The position numbers and the translations under genes are program-made. The notes under the pieces were generated by a model, which ran no database searches, was not told the DNA's origin, and worked only from the letters and a program-made list of their open reading frames with translations. Source: a virus (Duplodnaviria > Caudoviricetes). Taken from it: 64,000 nt of DNA. Positions 19,380 to 30,670 of this stretch are shown here, piece by piece (the first letter of the stretch is position 1; the number at the start of each line of letters is the position of its first letter). Location of the stretch: positions 18,537 through 82,536 of the IMG/VR virus record IMGVR_UViG_3300029305_001221; one strand, 5' to 3'.

Positions 19380-21269
19380 ATGAACAACACTAATTACTAC
19401 GACTTCATGACCGTGAAGGATCTCAAGGATATTCTCACTGATCTCCCTGACGAGATGCTGGTTGTTATTCCTGTCGTTGATGTAGACGATGTGAATGATA
19501 TTTTGGCTTTCCGAAAAGTAAGAACCGCTGGCATCCTGCGATGCGAATTCGAGCGAGAAAACGAAGTATTTTGTCTCACTGGTGCTTCTAATGGCTACGA
19601 TATCGCCGACCAGGTTGACTCCAGCGGAAAGGAGATCAGTGCGGTGAAAGTTCTGTATGGAAAGCATGAAAATGATGAGGTGAAGAAGGATGAGGCATAA
19701 AACCACATATGATATCGTGGCATACGATAAAGATGCAGATGTATATGTGCGTATAGCAACTATTTACTACTCTCTGTCGTTAGCCATTGCATGCGCAGAT
19801 CGAGCATCTGAATTACGTCTAAAACGATCTAATGGAGAGCCGTTCGATTGGATTGAGGTTATAACTCCGCACGCCAATGTTATGCATTATCAGGTGCCTT
19901 GTAAGTAACCGGCTTTATATTTGAAAGGAGCTGAACTGACAATGCGACCAATTGATGCTGATGCGCTGTTACACAAATTAGTGAATACTGACCCGAACAC
20001 AAAGGGGAAGTTTGGCGATGGCATAGCGAAAGCATTATGCTTTATTATTAACGCTCCTGCCATCGAAGCTGAACCTGTGAGACATGGTCGGTGGGATAGA
20101 GGACAGTGTACTAATTGCAAGGTCATAAACCCCGCCTACAACAAAGATTGGAGCGGAGACTATATATTCAAAGAAACGCCGTATTGCCCAAACTGCGGAG
20201 CGAAGATGGATAAGGAGGGGTGATATGTACGGAGAATATTGTAACACTTGTGCTTGTGTTAATGTTTGTAAAGATAAAGCAGCCCACATTCGTAATTGTC
20301 CCGACCGCATTGAACCTGTGCGGCATGGTCGGTGGATTATCGAAAAGAGACATTCCGTTTCAAAAAATCCTTATATGGACGATAACTACTTTGCCAGCGC
20401 AACTTGTTCTGAATGTGGTTTTTGTATCCATGCTGAAATCAAAAGCTTTGGCTATCCAGAGTTGAATGTAACAAACTACTGCCCCCATTGTGGAGCGAAG
20501 ATGAATTTTTGAAAGGAGAATAATATGGATTGCGTAGGCTATGTTTTTTTCGGAATTGCCATTGGATGTTTTATCTGTTTGATTATTAACTTGTGCGGAG
20601 ATAGATAGGGAAAGAGGAGAAAATTATGCTTGAACTGAAAAACTGGAATGAGGTAACAACAGGCCTTTATCGTTACGTGATTGCAGCGAAAGTATGCTAT
20701 GAAATTCATGTTTTTCACCATGACGAAGGTACTGATATTTTAAATGCAGAAGCAAGTCTTTTTCTTGTCGGACTGTGGCGAGGCGAACGCGGTGGGTACT
20801 TCGAGCGGGAATGCTTGCTTGAGGGACTGCCTGTTTTCGAGTGCTTGAAAATGGCGCAGAAAGATAATGAGGAAAACAATGCCTAGTGATATTTTAGCCC
20901 CTATCGCTTTTATGGTTTTCTTTATTGTTTTTGTTGCTTGGTCTTGCAAAGAGAACACCTAATGGATATTTGAAAGGAGAAAAAATGAAAGTCGTCTATG
21001 ATCCTGGCGAGAAGGAACGATTGGAAAAAATCCATAGCCAATATGGAAAATTCGTATTCGGAGATGAGTCGGAAGGAAAGATGTATGGTTTGACTTTCAA
21101 GGTTACCAATCCTGCGATTGCAGAATACGTCCTTACCGGTTTGCTTCATAATCATCTGAAGGATTTCGATATCGGCATCGATGTGCAGTCTATCGAATTT
21201 AACACTATCACGATGAACAGAAGCGAGCTTAAGAGAGAACTTATGGAGTATATCGATAAACTTCTGTGA
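19380..21269 (+). other. Small CDS cluster: 19380-19700, 19690-19908, 19942-20223 and 20225-20512 (HGRW zinc ribbons), 20626-20886, 20985-21269
   Basis: Several are preceded by TTTGAAAGGAG. Confidence 0.72.
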
Positions 21270-21288
21270 TATTTGAAAGGAGTAAAAA

Positions 21289-21852
21289 ATGAAAAAGTTT
21301 GTAATCGTCATGCTGGCCGCTGTTATGCTGCTGGTTGTTTGCGCTGGATGCGAGTTCGAAGAAACTGCTTTCCAGGAAGATGTAAAGACCACGATCGAGA
21401 ATGCTAATAAGCTGCTTGATAATCAGCCTACCCCGTCTGATATCGATTATTCGTTGGAACGCTATAACCTGATTCGTCGAGCATATTGGGTTAACGGTCA
21501 TCGAGAAAAGGCTATGTCCGTTACCTGCCCTCTGGATAAGCCTCTCGGTTATATTGTTCTGTTTACAGACAATGGTGCCGTTGTTAACAAGTTCATCGTC
21601 GATGGTAAGGTATCCAGTCTGAACAGCTACCTGACTCCCGACTCCATGTATTACGAAGTCGCTGGCGATTATGTGGCAAATAGTAACACCGAAAACGAAT
21701 GGCTGGCTGATGTTGATGGTTCTTACGGTGCGAACGATAACGGTATTTTCTTCTTCACTCCCGATGGTAAGTATGTCGAATGGACCGGCACTTATCTGTA
21801 CTCCGATATTCCGTTCGAAATCGATGATCCTGTTGTAAAGATTGGAGGCTAA
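21289..21852 (+). CDS. Lipoprotein
   Basis: MKK + hydrophobic core + lipobox-like CAG-C; conserved-looking SLERYNL...GYIVL...GKVSSLNSYLTP...DGSYG. Confidence 0.8.
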   Translation: MKKFVIVMLAAVMLLVVCAGCEFEETAFQEDVKTTIENANKLLDNQPTPSDIDYSLERYNLIRRAYWVNGHREKAMSVTCPLDKPLGYIVLFTDNGAVVNKFIVDGKVSSLNSYLTPDSMYYEVAGDYVANSNTENEWLADVDGSYGANDNGIFFFTPDGKYVEWTGTYLYSDIPFEIDDPVVKIGG

Positions 21853-21853
21853 C

Positions 21854-22228
21854 ATGAAAGTTGTTGCTTGGATTCTGGTTCTTGTTCTGGTGGTCGGTGG
21901 CTGTACCGCTTTCGGCTTTGTCAGTCATTATATCGACAATAAAGTCGAGTATGCTCATAACAAGATCGATGAGGCTACCAGCTATGAGCTGAAAAAAGAA
22001 GTGGAAGATACTTGTCGCGCTATGATCTCTTCTTATGAAGCTGATCGTATGACTTATATTCAGTATAAGGATAGTACGAATTCTGAACAGAAGTCCTGGG
22101 CTGATCAGGCTAAGATGCGCGCTAATCGCACTGCTTCCAATTACAACAATTATATTCTGAAGAACTCTTATGTCTGGAAGGGTAATGTTCCTTCGGACAT
22201 TCGAGAGACTTTGGATATTGTGGATTAA
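21854..22228 (+). CDS. Membrane-anchored protein, likely partner of the lipoprotein
   Basis: N-terminal TM helix; gene abuts the lipoprotein gene. Confidence 0.75.
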   Translation: MKVVAWILVLVLVVGGCTAFGFVSHYIDNKVEYAHNKIDEATSYELKKEVEDTCRAMISSYEADRMTYIQYKDSTNSEQKSWADQAKMRANRTASNYNNYILKNSYVWKGNVPSDIRETLDIVD

Positions 22229-22239
22229 GGAGGTATACT

Positions 22240-23120
22240 ATGACTTTCGGCATTTGTCAGATTATCTTCACCGGCTTGCTGTTCCTGTCTCTCGGAATGC
22301 ACCTGGCTATGGACGGAAAACCCAAGACTGGTAACTATAGCTTCTGGACTGCGTTGGTAAGTTGCGTTATTCAGTTCGTGCTGCTTTATTTCGGCGGCTT
22401 TTACGGTTAATTGTACATATTTGAAAGGAGAAAATCATGCTGTTCTTTGTGTTTATCGCTATTCTTGTCGCGTCGCTCGTTATATTTGACAAGGCGTTTG
22501 ACAGTGATCTTATCGCTGGTAGTTGTGCTGTTTTAGCTGTGCTTGCTATTGTCGCTGTTATTGTGTCTCTTATTATCATGGGTGTCAACTACATCAACGT
22601 TGACGGCTATGTTGATAGGATGAATGTTCGATATGATACTCTGGTCTATCAGTACGAGAATGATATTTACGACAATGACAACGATCTTGGTAAGCGTGAG
22701 CTGATGAAGGACATTCAGAATTGGAACGAGGATCTGGCAGCTAATCGCGAGAGACAGGACGACTTCTGGGTTGGCATTTATCAGCCTAACATCTATGATC
22801 AGTTCGAGTTCATCCAGTTGGAGAAGGAGTAAGATATGTTTCTCTTTGTCTATCATTATGTCTCAAAAGATACGAGAAGTGATCGGAAGGAATATGAGAT
22901 CATTAGTGCTTATAACTGGCGCACCGCTCTGATTAAGCTCTTCGATAAAGTGAGTACGAAGGTGGAGATCGATATTGGTATGTTTGAAAAAATGATCACC
23001 GCTGTAAGTGATGACGATGCAGTGGCCATGTTCAACGCTCTTACCAGCTACCATATCGATAAGATTTACAAGAACCTTGAAGAATTCTATACAGAACCTG
23101 TGGTTAAGGAGGAAGTATGA
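22240..23120 (+). other. Small CDSs: 22240-22410 (membrane peptide, not in track), 22437-22832 (2 TM), 22836-23120
   Basis: RBSs; hydrophobic segments. Confidence 0.7.
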
Positions 23121-23854
23121 CTAATTGTGTAAAGGAGACTCTGTGCACTTCTTGTGTGCATCGTGAGGTCTGTTCGAAAAAAGAAGAGTACTTGGCCGCG
23201 CAAAAGGCCGTGGATAATCTGTTCGTGAAGAAGAATGACGTTATCGGCAATTACCTCAATACTATGACATGGATCAAACCTGTGCAGCTGCAGTGTATTT
23301 ACCATATGAGTAATTGCTATAGTACCGTTCGTGGAATTACTGTTACGGACTGCACCGGCAGCACTAGCGACAACGTCTTTAGCCATATTGTTGGTGGGGA
23401 TACGATTGCCAGATAAGGAGGACGTATGACTTGGCTGGAAAAATTCTATGCGGATAACCCTAGTAGACTAGGCGCTAGTCCCCATAGCATCGGTTGTCCT
23501 ACAGATTATTACGCCAGAACGGATTGTCCCAAAGAAACAGACGGATCTACAATGACTTGTGTAAGATGCTGGAACCGAGAAATGCCTGAAATCCCCGAAG
23601 AAAAAGAAAAGGAGAATGAACCCGCTATGGAACTGAAGATCAAAGATTCTGCTAGCCTTAACATGATCGTTGAGGCTTTGACCAGAAACGGTTACCATTT
23701 GGAGATTGCTACTAAATGGAAAGAGTGGCCGCAGAATGGTATCGACTATTTCTGTGTCTTGGTGAAGGAAAGGGAGGAAGTATGACTAATTGTGTAAAGG
23801 AGACTCTGTGCACTTCTTGTGTGCATCGTGAGGTCTGTTCGAAAAAAGAAGAGT
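23108..23854 (+). repeat. 82-bp exact direct repeat (23108-23189 and 23773-23854) marking a duplicated two-gene unit
   Basis: GGAGGAAGTATGACTAATTGTGTAAAGGAGACTCTG...GAAAAAAGAAGAGT occurs twice, 665 bp apart. Confidence 0.92.
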
Positions 23855-24537
23855 TCCAGGCTGCTCAGGACGCTGTATATAATCTGCGTATCGGCGCTAC
23901 GGAGACTAGCACGGGCGTTTATCTTAACAGCATTTCGTGGATTCGTCCGGTACAGCTGCAGTGTACTTATTACATGAGTAATGGCTATGGAACTCTTCGC
24001 GGTGTCACTGTTACGGGATGTCTTGACGCTGTTAGCGATTACCACAATGCTGATAAGATTGCCAGTGCTACAGTTGGCGGTCCGACGATTGCTAGATAAG
24101 GAGGATGTATGACCTATAGAGAGAAATTCCATATGGAACATCCTGATAGAGATACTGTTAATACTCTAGGACTGGGATGCCCTGCGGATTACGAGCACAA
24201 TGACAATTGTCCTGAGTACTCTGATGGCACTGTTATGTCTTGCAAAGATTGCTGGGACCGTGAAATCCCTGAAGAAAAAGAAGAAAAGGAGAATAAACCT
24301 ATGAAGAAGACCAAGGCTATGCTGGAGGAAGAGCTGGATCAGAAGAGAGCCGAGATCGAGGATCTGAAGAAGGAACTCGAGAATGAGATCAATAGAACTG
24401 AGAAGTATAAGCAGTTTGAAGAGTGTGCGGATGATCTCAAGGCTCTTCAGAACAGCTTTATCAATTCTGGTTTCAGCGATAAGCAGGCTTTCATGATGGT
24501 TCTTCAGATCATTGGTGGCGCTCATCCGAGAACTTAA
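23117..24537 (+). other. Tandem paralogous gene pairs A (23117-23416), B (23426-23785), A' (23782-24099), B' (24109-24537)
   Basis: A/A' begin MTNCVKETLCTSCVHREVCSKKEE and end TIAR; B/B' share the GCP-DY...C...C--CW-RE-PEEKE module. Confidence 0.85.
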
Positions 24538-24546
24538 GGAGGAAGT

Positions 24547-25047
24547 ATGACTACACTCGAAGAAAAAATTGATCTGGTTCTGAGATGGATCATGACGGAC
24601 GATAGTCTTGAGAAGATGGATATCGAAATGCAGATCTCGAAAATTCTCAACGACACCTCTACGAATGCGCAGCCCTCGGAAACCGAAACTGAGATTATTA
24701 AGAGCTACCTTCTCGAGATCGGTATTATGCCTAATCTCGCTGGGTTCCGGTATCTGACTCGTGCTATCGAGCTGTATAGAGATCGACGTGATTATTACCG
24801 AGAGGGTATTACCAGCCGTCTCTATCCGGACGTCGCTAGGTGGTTTGACACTACCCCTCCCCGAGTAGAACGCTCTATCAGACATGCTATCGAGACCGCT
24901 TATGATGGAGGTCTTGGCTATAAGCATCACGCTGCAGATTTCAGTAGTAGCGTTAATTTCAAGAAGGGTAAATGTACAAATTCGGCCTTTATCGCTATCT
25001 GCGATGAGGTCATCGAGAGAAGAATGAAGAGGAGGGTGTGCGTATGA
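24547..25047 (+). CDS. Spo0A C-terminal effector (DNA-binding) domain protein without a receiver domain
   Basis: LLEIGIMPNLAGFRYLTRAI...ITSRLYPDVARWFDTTPPRVERSIRHAIE...K-TNSAFIA matches Spo0A_C. Confidence 0.88.
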   Translation: MTTLEEKIDLVLRWIMTDDSLEKMDIEMQISKILNDTSTNAQPSETETEIIKSYLLEIGIMPNLAGFRYLTRAIELYRDRRDYYREGITSRLYPDVARWFDTTPPRVERSIRHAIETAYDGGLGYKHHAADFSSSVNFKKGKCTNSAFIAICDEVIERRMKRRVCV

Positions 25048-25967
25048 CCACTTTCAGAGAAAAACTGATTCAAGAGCATCCGGAGAAAAAAACCTTACGC
25101 ATCACTGCGGTCGGCTGTCCGGCTGACTATGACTATGAGCATTATGAAAACGACCATTTCAAGTGCCCTCCTGGCGTTGTTAGATGTGAGGAATGCTGGG
25201 ACCGTGAGATTCCTGAGACCAATCTCGTGGTCGGTGATTCTAAGGTAGAACATCCCGATACGGATATTTCTGAGAAAAAAGAAGAGAATAAAATGATTTA
25301 CGCTCATATCGGTTGTACCGATTCTATTGACGACATTAACGAAGGTCCTATGAGTGAAGAATATAATCGCATTCTCAAAGAGCATCTTGCCAAGAATAGC
25401 GAGCCTGTAAACTCTCCCAAAATCCTCGACGAACAGACTAAACCCAAAGTCATCTGCATCTCTGGCAAGGCTCAGCATGGTAAAGACACCACTGCTGGAT
25501 ATTTGAAAGAGTATCTGGAGGAGAAGGGTAAACGGGTTCTCATCGCTCATTACGGAGATCTGGTCAAGTATATCTGTACGACCTTCTTTGATTGGGACGG
25601 ACAGAAAGACGAGCGCGGACGTTCTCTTCTCCAGGAGGTCGGTACGGATGCTGTTCGCACTAAAACTCCTGACTTCTGGGTTAAGTTCATCAAGGATGTT
25701 CTCGATCACTTCCCGGATAAATGGGATTATGTCATTATTCCCGATTGTCGATTCCCGAATGAGGTTGAGTATCTGAAAGAGCATGGATATTCTGTCAAGC
25801 ACGTCCGTGTTATTCGGAGTAACTTCATCAGCCCTCTGACCATCGAGCAGCAGAAGCATGTATCTGAGGTAGCTCTGGATGATGTGATTCCCGACGTGAT
25901 TCTGTTCAATACTTTTGGTCTGGAAGAGTTGAGATACGCTGTAAGAAATAGGGGGTTGGATAAGTAA
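25044..25967 (+). CDS. dNMP kinase fused to an N-terminal Cys-rich module
   Basis: ISGKAQHGKDT P-loop, RSLLQEVGTD, IIPDCRFPNE; N-terminus paralogous to B/B'. Confidence 0.85.
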   Translation: MTTFREKLIQEHPEKKTLRITAVGCPADYDYEHYENDHFKCPPGVVRCEECWDREIPETNLVVGDSKVEHPDTDISEKKEENKMIYAHIGCTDSIDDINEGPMSEEYNRILKEHLAKNSEPVNSPKILDEQTKPKVICISGKAQHGKDTTAGYLKEYLEEKGKRVLIAHYGDLVKYICTTFFDWDGQKDERGRSLLQEVGTDAVRTKTPDFWVKFIKDVLDHFPDKWDYVIIPDCRFPNEVEYLKEHGYSVKHVRVIRSNFISPLTIEQQKHVSEVALDDVIPDVILFNTFGLEELRYAVRNRGLDK

Positions 25968-26374
25968 TGAAAATACTAACTACAGACGACCTCATCTTAC
26001 TGCTCCGTCATCACAAAAGTAATACTTTTTCGCTTGAAGATCTTGGGCGCGTGCTGGATCACTATGGCGATGATTGGTTTATCGAGGGCGACAGGTGGGT
26101 CAAATTCAGAGATAACGAGAAAATGGCCGAGTTTCGGAACAGAATTAATGGCGGAGGCAATATCCTCAAACCCTGCCCGTTCTGTGGTGGCGAAGCGAGA
26201 CTTGTAAAGGACACCGAATGCTGGGGTCATGGCGAATATCACGATGTCAGATATATTGCTTGTACAAAGTGCGGAATCAAAGGCCCGAGCGTTTGTGACA
26301 TGGAAGTAATGTATGAAAAAACAGCCACTTGGGATTCTGTTGCCGAGAGATGGAATAGGAGAGTTGGAGTGTGA
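25967..26374 (+). CDS. Protein with C-terminal Lar-like (restriction alleviation family) zinc finger
   Basis: LKPCPFCGGEA...IACTKCG...AERWNRR. Confidence 0.7.
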   Translation: MKILTTDDLILLLRHHKSNTFSLEDLGRVLDHYGDDWFIEGDRWVKFRDNEKMAEFRNRINGGGNILKPCPFCGGEARLVKDTECWGHGEYHDVRYIACTKCGIKGPSVCDMEVMYEKTATWDSVAERWNRRVGV

Positions 26375-26558
26375 TCGCTATTAAGATGTTCCTTATATGG
26401 CTTGGTCATATGGCGCTAGCTATGCTCGTGTTCGGTCTACGGCCTGATTTTCTGCGGTATAACACATTTATGTCCGGAATGCTGTTCGCTTTGGCGATGT
26501 GTATATCGACAGTAATGCTGTATCTATTGTTTGACATTTTGGAGTAAGGAGGCGCTGG

Positions 26559-26771
26559 GTGGTTAACAGTATCGATACCAATAACCTAATCGAAGCGTGC
26601 AAACGAGTCGATCTGTTTACGTTTTGTAATTGGCGCGAGCAGACTGTATATTTCATCTATCGAGACGAACGAACTTTAACGATCGGTCAAGAAGCTGCTA
26701 TCCGCAGTTTGATCAGATCGCATTTGCCAGATTACGAGATTGTATTTGGTAAATGTAAACCGGCTACATAA
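26559..26771 (+). CDS. Hypothetical protein
   Basis: TAAGGAGG RBS before GTG. Confidence 0.55.
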   Translation: MVNSIDTNNLIEACKRVDLFTFCNWREQTVYFIYRDERTLTIGQEAAIRSLIRSHLPDYEIVFGKCKPAT

Positions 26772-26777
26772 CTAAAT

Positions 26778-26813
26778 AAAAGGAGGAGGTCTGAGATACG
26801 GCTTCCTCCTTTT
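26778..26813 (+). terminator. Intrinsic terminator upstream of the cassette
   Basis: AAAAGGAGGAGGTC...GGCTTCCTCCTTTT. Confidence 0.75.
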
Positions 26814-26823
26814 AATTAACCCT

Positions 26824-26848
26824 CGCGAAGGAAACAAGCTCCTTTGTG
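26824..26848 (+). promoter_or_regulatory. Conserved promoter-like motif, copy 6
   Basis: CGCGAAGGAA ACAAGCTCCT TTGTG, then AAAGGAG. Confidence 0.72.
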
Positions 26849-26864
26849 AAAGGAGATGAGCTAA

Positions 26865-27104
26865 ATGCTTGTTATTAATGAGGGGTTTAAACTAACCACT
26901 TATCCGGAGAATGAGAATAAGCTAATGGATATTCTAGACGCATTCGATGTGGCTATAACTGACAAACGATATATGTATAATTATCAAATCAGTAAAGAGC
27001 CCGTTCGACTGGTATTAGAATGCCACATTAGGGACTCTGAGTATGCCGAATTTGTGGATTACTTGAGAAATCACTTTGATGGCTGGATTAGTTTAGTCGA
27101 ATAA
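26865..27104 (+). CDS. 79-aa cassette protein
   Basis: Lies between motif 6 and a terminator. Confidence 0.75.
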   Translation: MLVINEGFKLTTYPENENKLMDILDAFDVAITDKRYMYNYQISKEPVRLVLECHIRDSEYAEFVDYLRNHFDGWISLVE

Positions 27105-27111
27105 AAAAACG

Positions 27112-27146
27112 AAGAGCTTCGGAGAAATCTGAGGCTCTTTACTTTT
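27112..27146 (+). terminator. Intrinsic terminator closing the cassette
   Basis: AAGAGCTTCGG...CTGAGGCTCTT TACTTTT. Confidence 0.7.
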
Positions 27147-27173
27147 AATTTTTAACATCAAAGGAGTAGCACT

Positions 27174-30100
27174 ATGATATTTCTAAAGATAGTTTTATGG
27201 ACAGCGATTGTTACCGCATCATTAGTCGCCATTGCGTTTTTATGTATCACGATCTGCGAATATTCTAGTTACAAAAAAGATACTTTACGCTATACATATC
27301 AGAAATTAAACGCCAAGGTATTCATGTCTACATATCATCTGTTTCCCAATCGATATAGTTATGATTGGTCCGGAGATGGATATATCGAATCATTAACCTA
27401 CGCGATTGTTGAACCTGGCGGTAATGCGTTTTTCCCAAATAAAACAGAGTATTGTATTTTGCTCAACTTTATCGATTACTGCAGGGTTAACGTGTTTTTA
27501 ACTAGAGAAGAGTCGACAAAGAAACATAAAGAAATCGTTGACCGTGAAACTAACGTCGTTTTGGAAGACCTGCAGAAATTAACCAAAGAGGAAATTGAAA
27601 AGGCTAGTCGAGAAGTCGATAACGCGATTGCAGATGTTAGAAAGCATATGGTGAATGTTTGAGGAGGTGGAGGAATGGATCGTAAAGAAGCGATAATGCG
27701 TATTGTGGAGCATATGCATATTCACAAAATCGGGGAGTATCCGCATATTTATATCAAAGAAGCTTTAGTAATGGCGATCGCAGCTTTGCAGGAAGAACCT
27801 GTGAAACATGGACGGTGGGTTGATCGATATGGCGGGAAATATGCAAACTCATTATATGAGTGTTCTGAATGCAAAGGGAAGGCTCTTTACAAGTTCGAGG
27901 TGGATGTATTAGATCGCGAGCAGATCGTTCAGGCGTTGACCGCTATTTGCCCCCATTGCGGAGCGAAGATGGATAAGGAGGAATAACGATGTCTATATTA
28001 TTCAACAAAGATCGTTCTGAAATGATCGTTTCTTGTAAATGCGGATGTGAGGATAGTGTTCATATTCGAATCGATAAGGACGATCCGGACACCTTTGCTA
28101 TTGTAACATACCTTAATGGCAACTTCTACTCCGAGCAGAACGAAAAAGTATTTCGTATTATTGGCGAGAAACTCAAGAAAATCTGGGCCATTATTCGAAA
28201 TAAGGACTATTACTATTCTGACATTCTGATGTCTAAGTCGGAATGGGAAGAGTTCGTCGAGTTTGTGAATGGGTGTCTGGAGGACTAAGTCTATGAAGTT
28301 TGTACTTATGGAAGATGGTTTTGATGAGGCGGTCAACGATATTCGAGGTTACTTAAAGAAGGCTCTGGAAACTAAAAATACAAAAGAAAAAAATCTTATG
28401 ATTGCCCATGCCAGTGGTATTGCCAACGCGATTTATAAGCTGGTGACAACGAGAGAAGAGGAGAAGGCTGGGAAGTATGAAGATTCTAGTGAATAAAATG
28501 CCTGAGAAAAAAGAGGCGTGTCTGTTCTATAGAACGGAAAAATACTACGATCGTGTTATGCGTGTATATTGTGGCGTGAATAATAAACCGTGCAGCTTCA
28601 AGGATGGCAGTTGCAGATGTTTGCGAATGAATGTCGATAAGGTGGAGTAATAACATCTATGGTAGATTACGTTTTCGCTGGTATTGCTTTCGGTTGTTTC
28701 ATCTGTCTTGTTATCATGACCGCTGCTAAATTTATGAGGTGAAAAAATGAAAGTAGAAGATCTGACAGTCGATGCTTCGATGTTGGCTGATGGCTGTTAT
28801 GCTATCCGTGTCCCTAAACACGTAGCCACAATAACCATTTGCGGTGCGGTTCACTGTGTCATCGATGATACTATGAGTTTTACAAAACCTACGCCGGAGC
28901 AAATTAAGAATCTAAAAGAGACGTTTTGCATTGACGTAGAATTATTTGATGAGGAATAAGGAGGAATAAAAAATGGATGGAGCAAGCTTTTTCACTGCGG
29001 AACTGAATAAGGTATTCGGTAAAGAAATGGCAAACATGATCTCTGCGGAGATTACAGACGAGGAACTGCTGCGGCATGCTAAAAATGCTTGGCAGGATAT
29101 TACTACTTCGAGGAATTACTACAGCGATCCTGAACTCCGGTCGTATCTCAAGAAGGAATACATGGAGCGTCTTAAGAAACACATCAGCGACGTTATCCAG
29201 GAACAGGACGAAAAAGCCCTGCGAGCAGAAGCTGAGAGTATCGTTAAGCAAATCATGGACGAGGCTCGCAAGAAGATGATCGATCAGGTTAGCGATAATA
29301 TGGCTTATCTGGTATGCGGCAGCCCTCAGGGCGGCGGTATGAGATCGTTCACGGAGCATATTATTTATGATGTGATGAATCGGTAAGGAGTGATGATGCG
29401 CAATGGAAGAGTATGTTCTGGATAATGGACGAATAAAACTCGGTCCAGATTGCATGGGCGCTGTCGAGTTTGAAGATGGTCGTTACGAACCTATTACCAG
29501 TATAGATTTCATTACGAAAGCTTATTTCCGATTCATGACAGCGAGCGGTTTGTATGCTTACAAGGAAGGCTATGAACAAGAAGAAATATTATATTGCGAT
29601 CCGAGACCGTATACATTTTTCCATTTGAGATACGAGTTTGGAAAATTTGATTATGATCGGTTGGAATGGATGCATATAAGTAACATAGCTAGAGTGTACG
29701 TATACGAACCTGCTTTTTCAGATGTGTTTAATAAGGAGGAAGTATGAACGAAATAAATTACAACGAACTCTCGCTGGAAGAGTTGAGTACGGTGGTTAGA
29801 TCGGCTTTATCGACTATCTACAATAAACTTCGAGAAGAAGAGGACTTCAGTTGGGATCAAAAGTGCGTGGTCGAGAATTTCGGCGGTGAAGAGCACGAAG
29901 TACAACTTCTTATCTTTAACGGCACTTCTGGTACTCCGGGTATTCACTGGCCCGAAACATATTATATTTAACTATGAAATCCACAAGCTCAATAATTAAG
30001 TGCTGTTACAAATGTATCGACAGATTCATAGGCTGCCATAGTACGTGCGAGAGGTACAAAGCCGAAAAACAACACTATGAGGGGTTGAAGGCTGAATATA

Positions 30101-30640
30101 ACAAAGGTCATGAAGCAGATGCGTATACAATGCAGGGTTCGCTTCAGAGACGAAACAGGGCAGCTCTAGCTCGGAGAAAAAATGTAACATTCAGGCGAAA
30201 TTACAAGTGAGGTCATTATGGAAGTATTGAAACACGGTGGTAAGATCTATGGAGGTAGGTTGACTGCTGCTGAGAAAAAGGCTTTGCAGCTTGAACTCGA
30301 TAGAATGATTGCGGAAGAACGAGCTGCTATGAAAGCCGAGTACGAGAAAATGCGGCAGGATATTCTCAAGGATCTTGAGGAATTTAACAACAATAATTTA
30401 AAAGAGATCGATGCTATGTTCCTCTGGAGACTACATGAGCATGAGGGCTGGGGTCGTATTAAAATGAAGCGCTTTTATATTGACTTTCACAACGATATGA
30501 AGGCTTTGGGTGAGCGCTATGAGATGGAGACCTCTGAGGAGAAGATCTGGCTCTGCACTCATAAGCTTAAGGAATATGGCGTTGATCTCGATGAGTGGGA
30601 GAAGGAAGTAAAAATGCTGAACTCTGAGGACGCGAAGTAA
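27174..30640 (+). other. Small CDS cluster: 27174-27662 (TM), 27675-27986 (HGRW zinc ribbon), 27989-28288, 28293-28496, 28747-28959, 28973-29386, 29403-29747, 29744-29971, 29974-30210, 30218-30640
   Basis: Contiguous + strand ORFs with RBSs. Confidence 0.72.
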
Positions 30641-30655
30641 ACAGACTCCTTTATG
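30631..30655 (+). promoter_or_regulatory. Conserved promoter-like motif, copy 7 (overlaps last codons of the upstream gene)
   Basis: CGCGAAGTAA ACAGACTCCT TTATG, then AAAGGAG. Confidence 0.75.
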
Positions 30656-30670
30656 AAAGGAGTGATTGTT

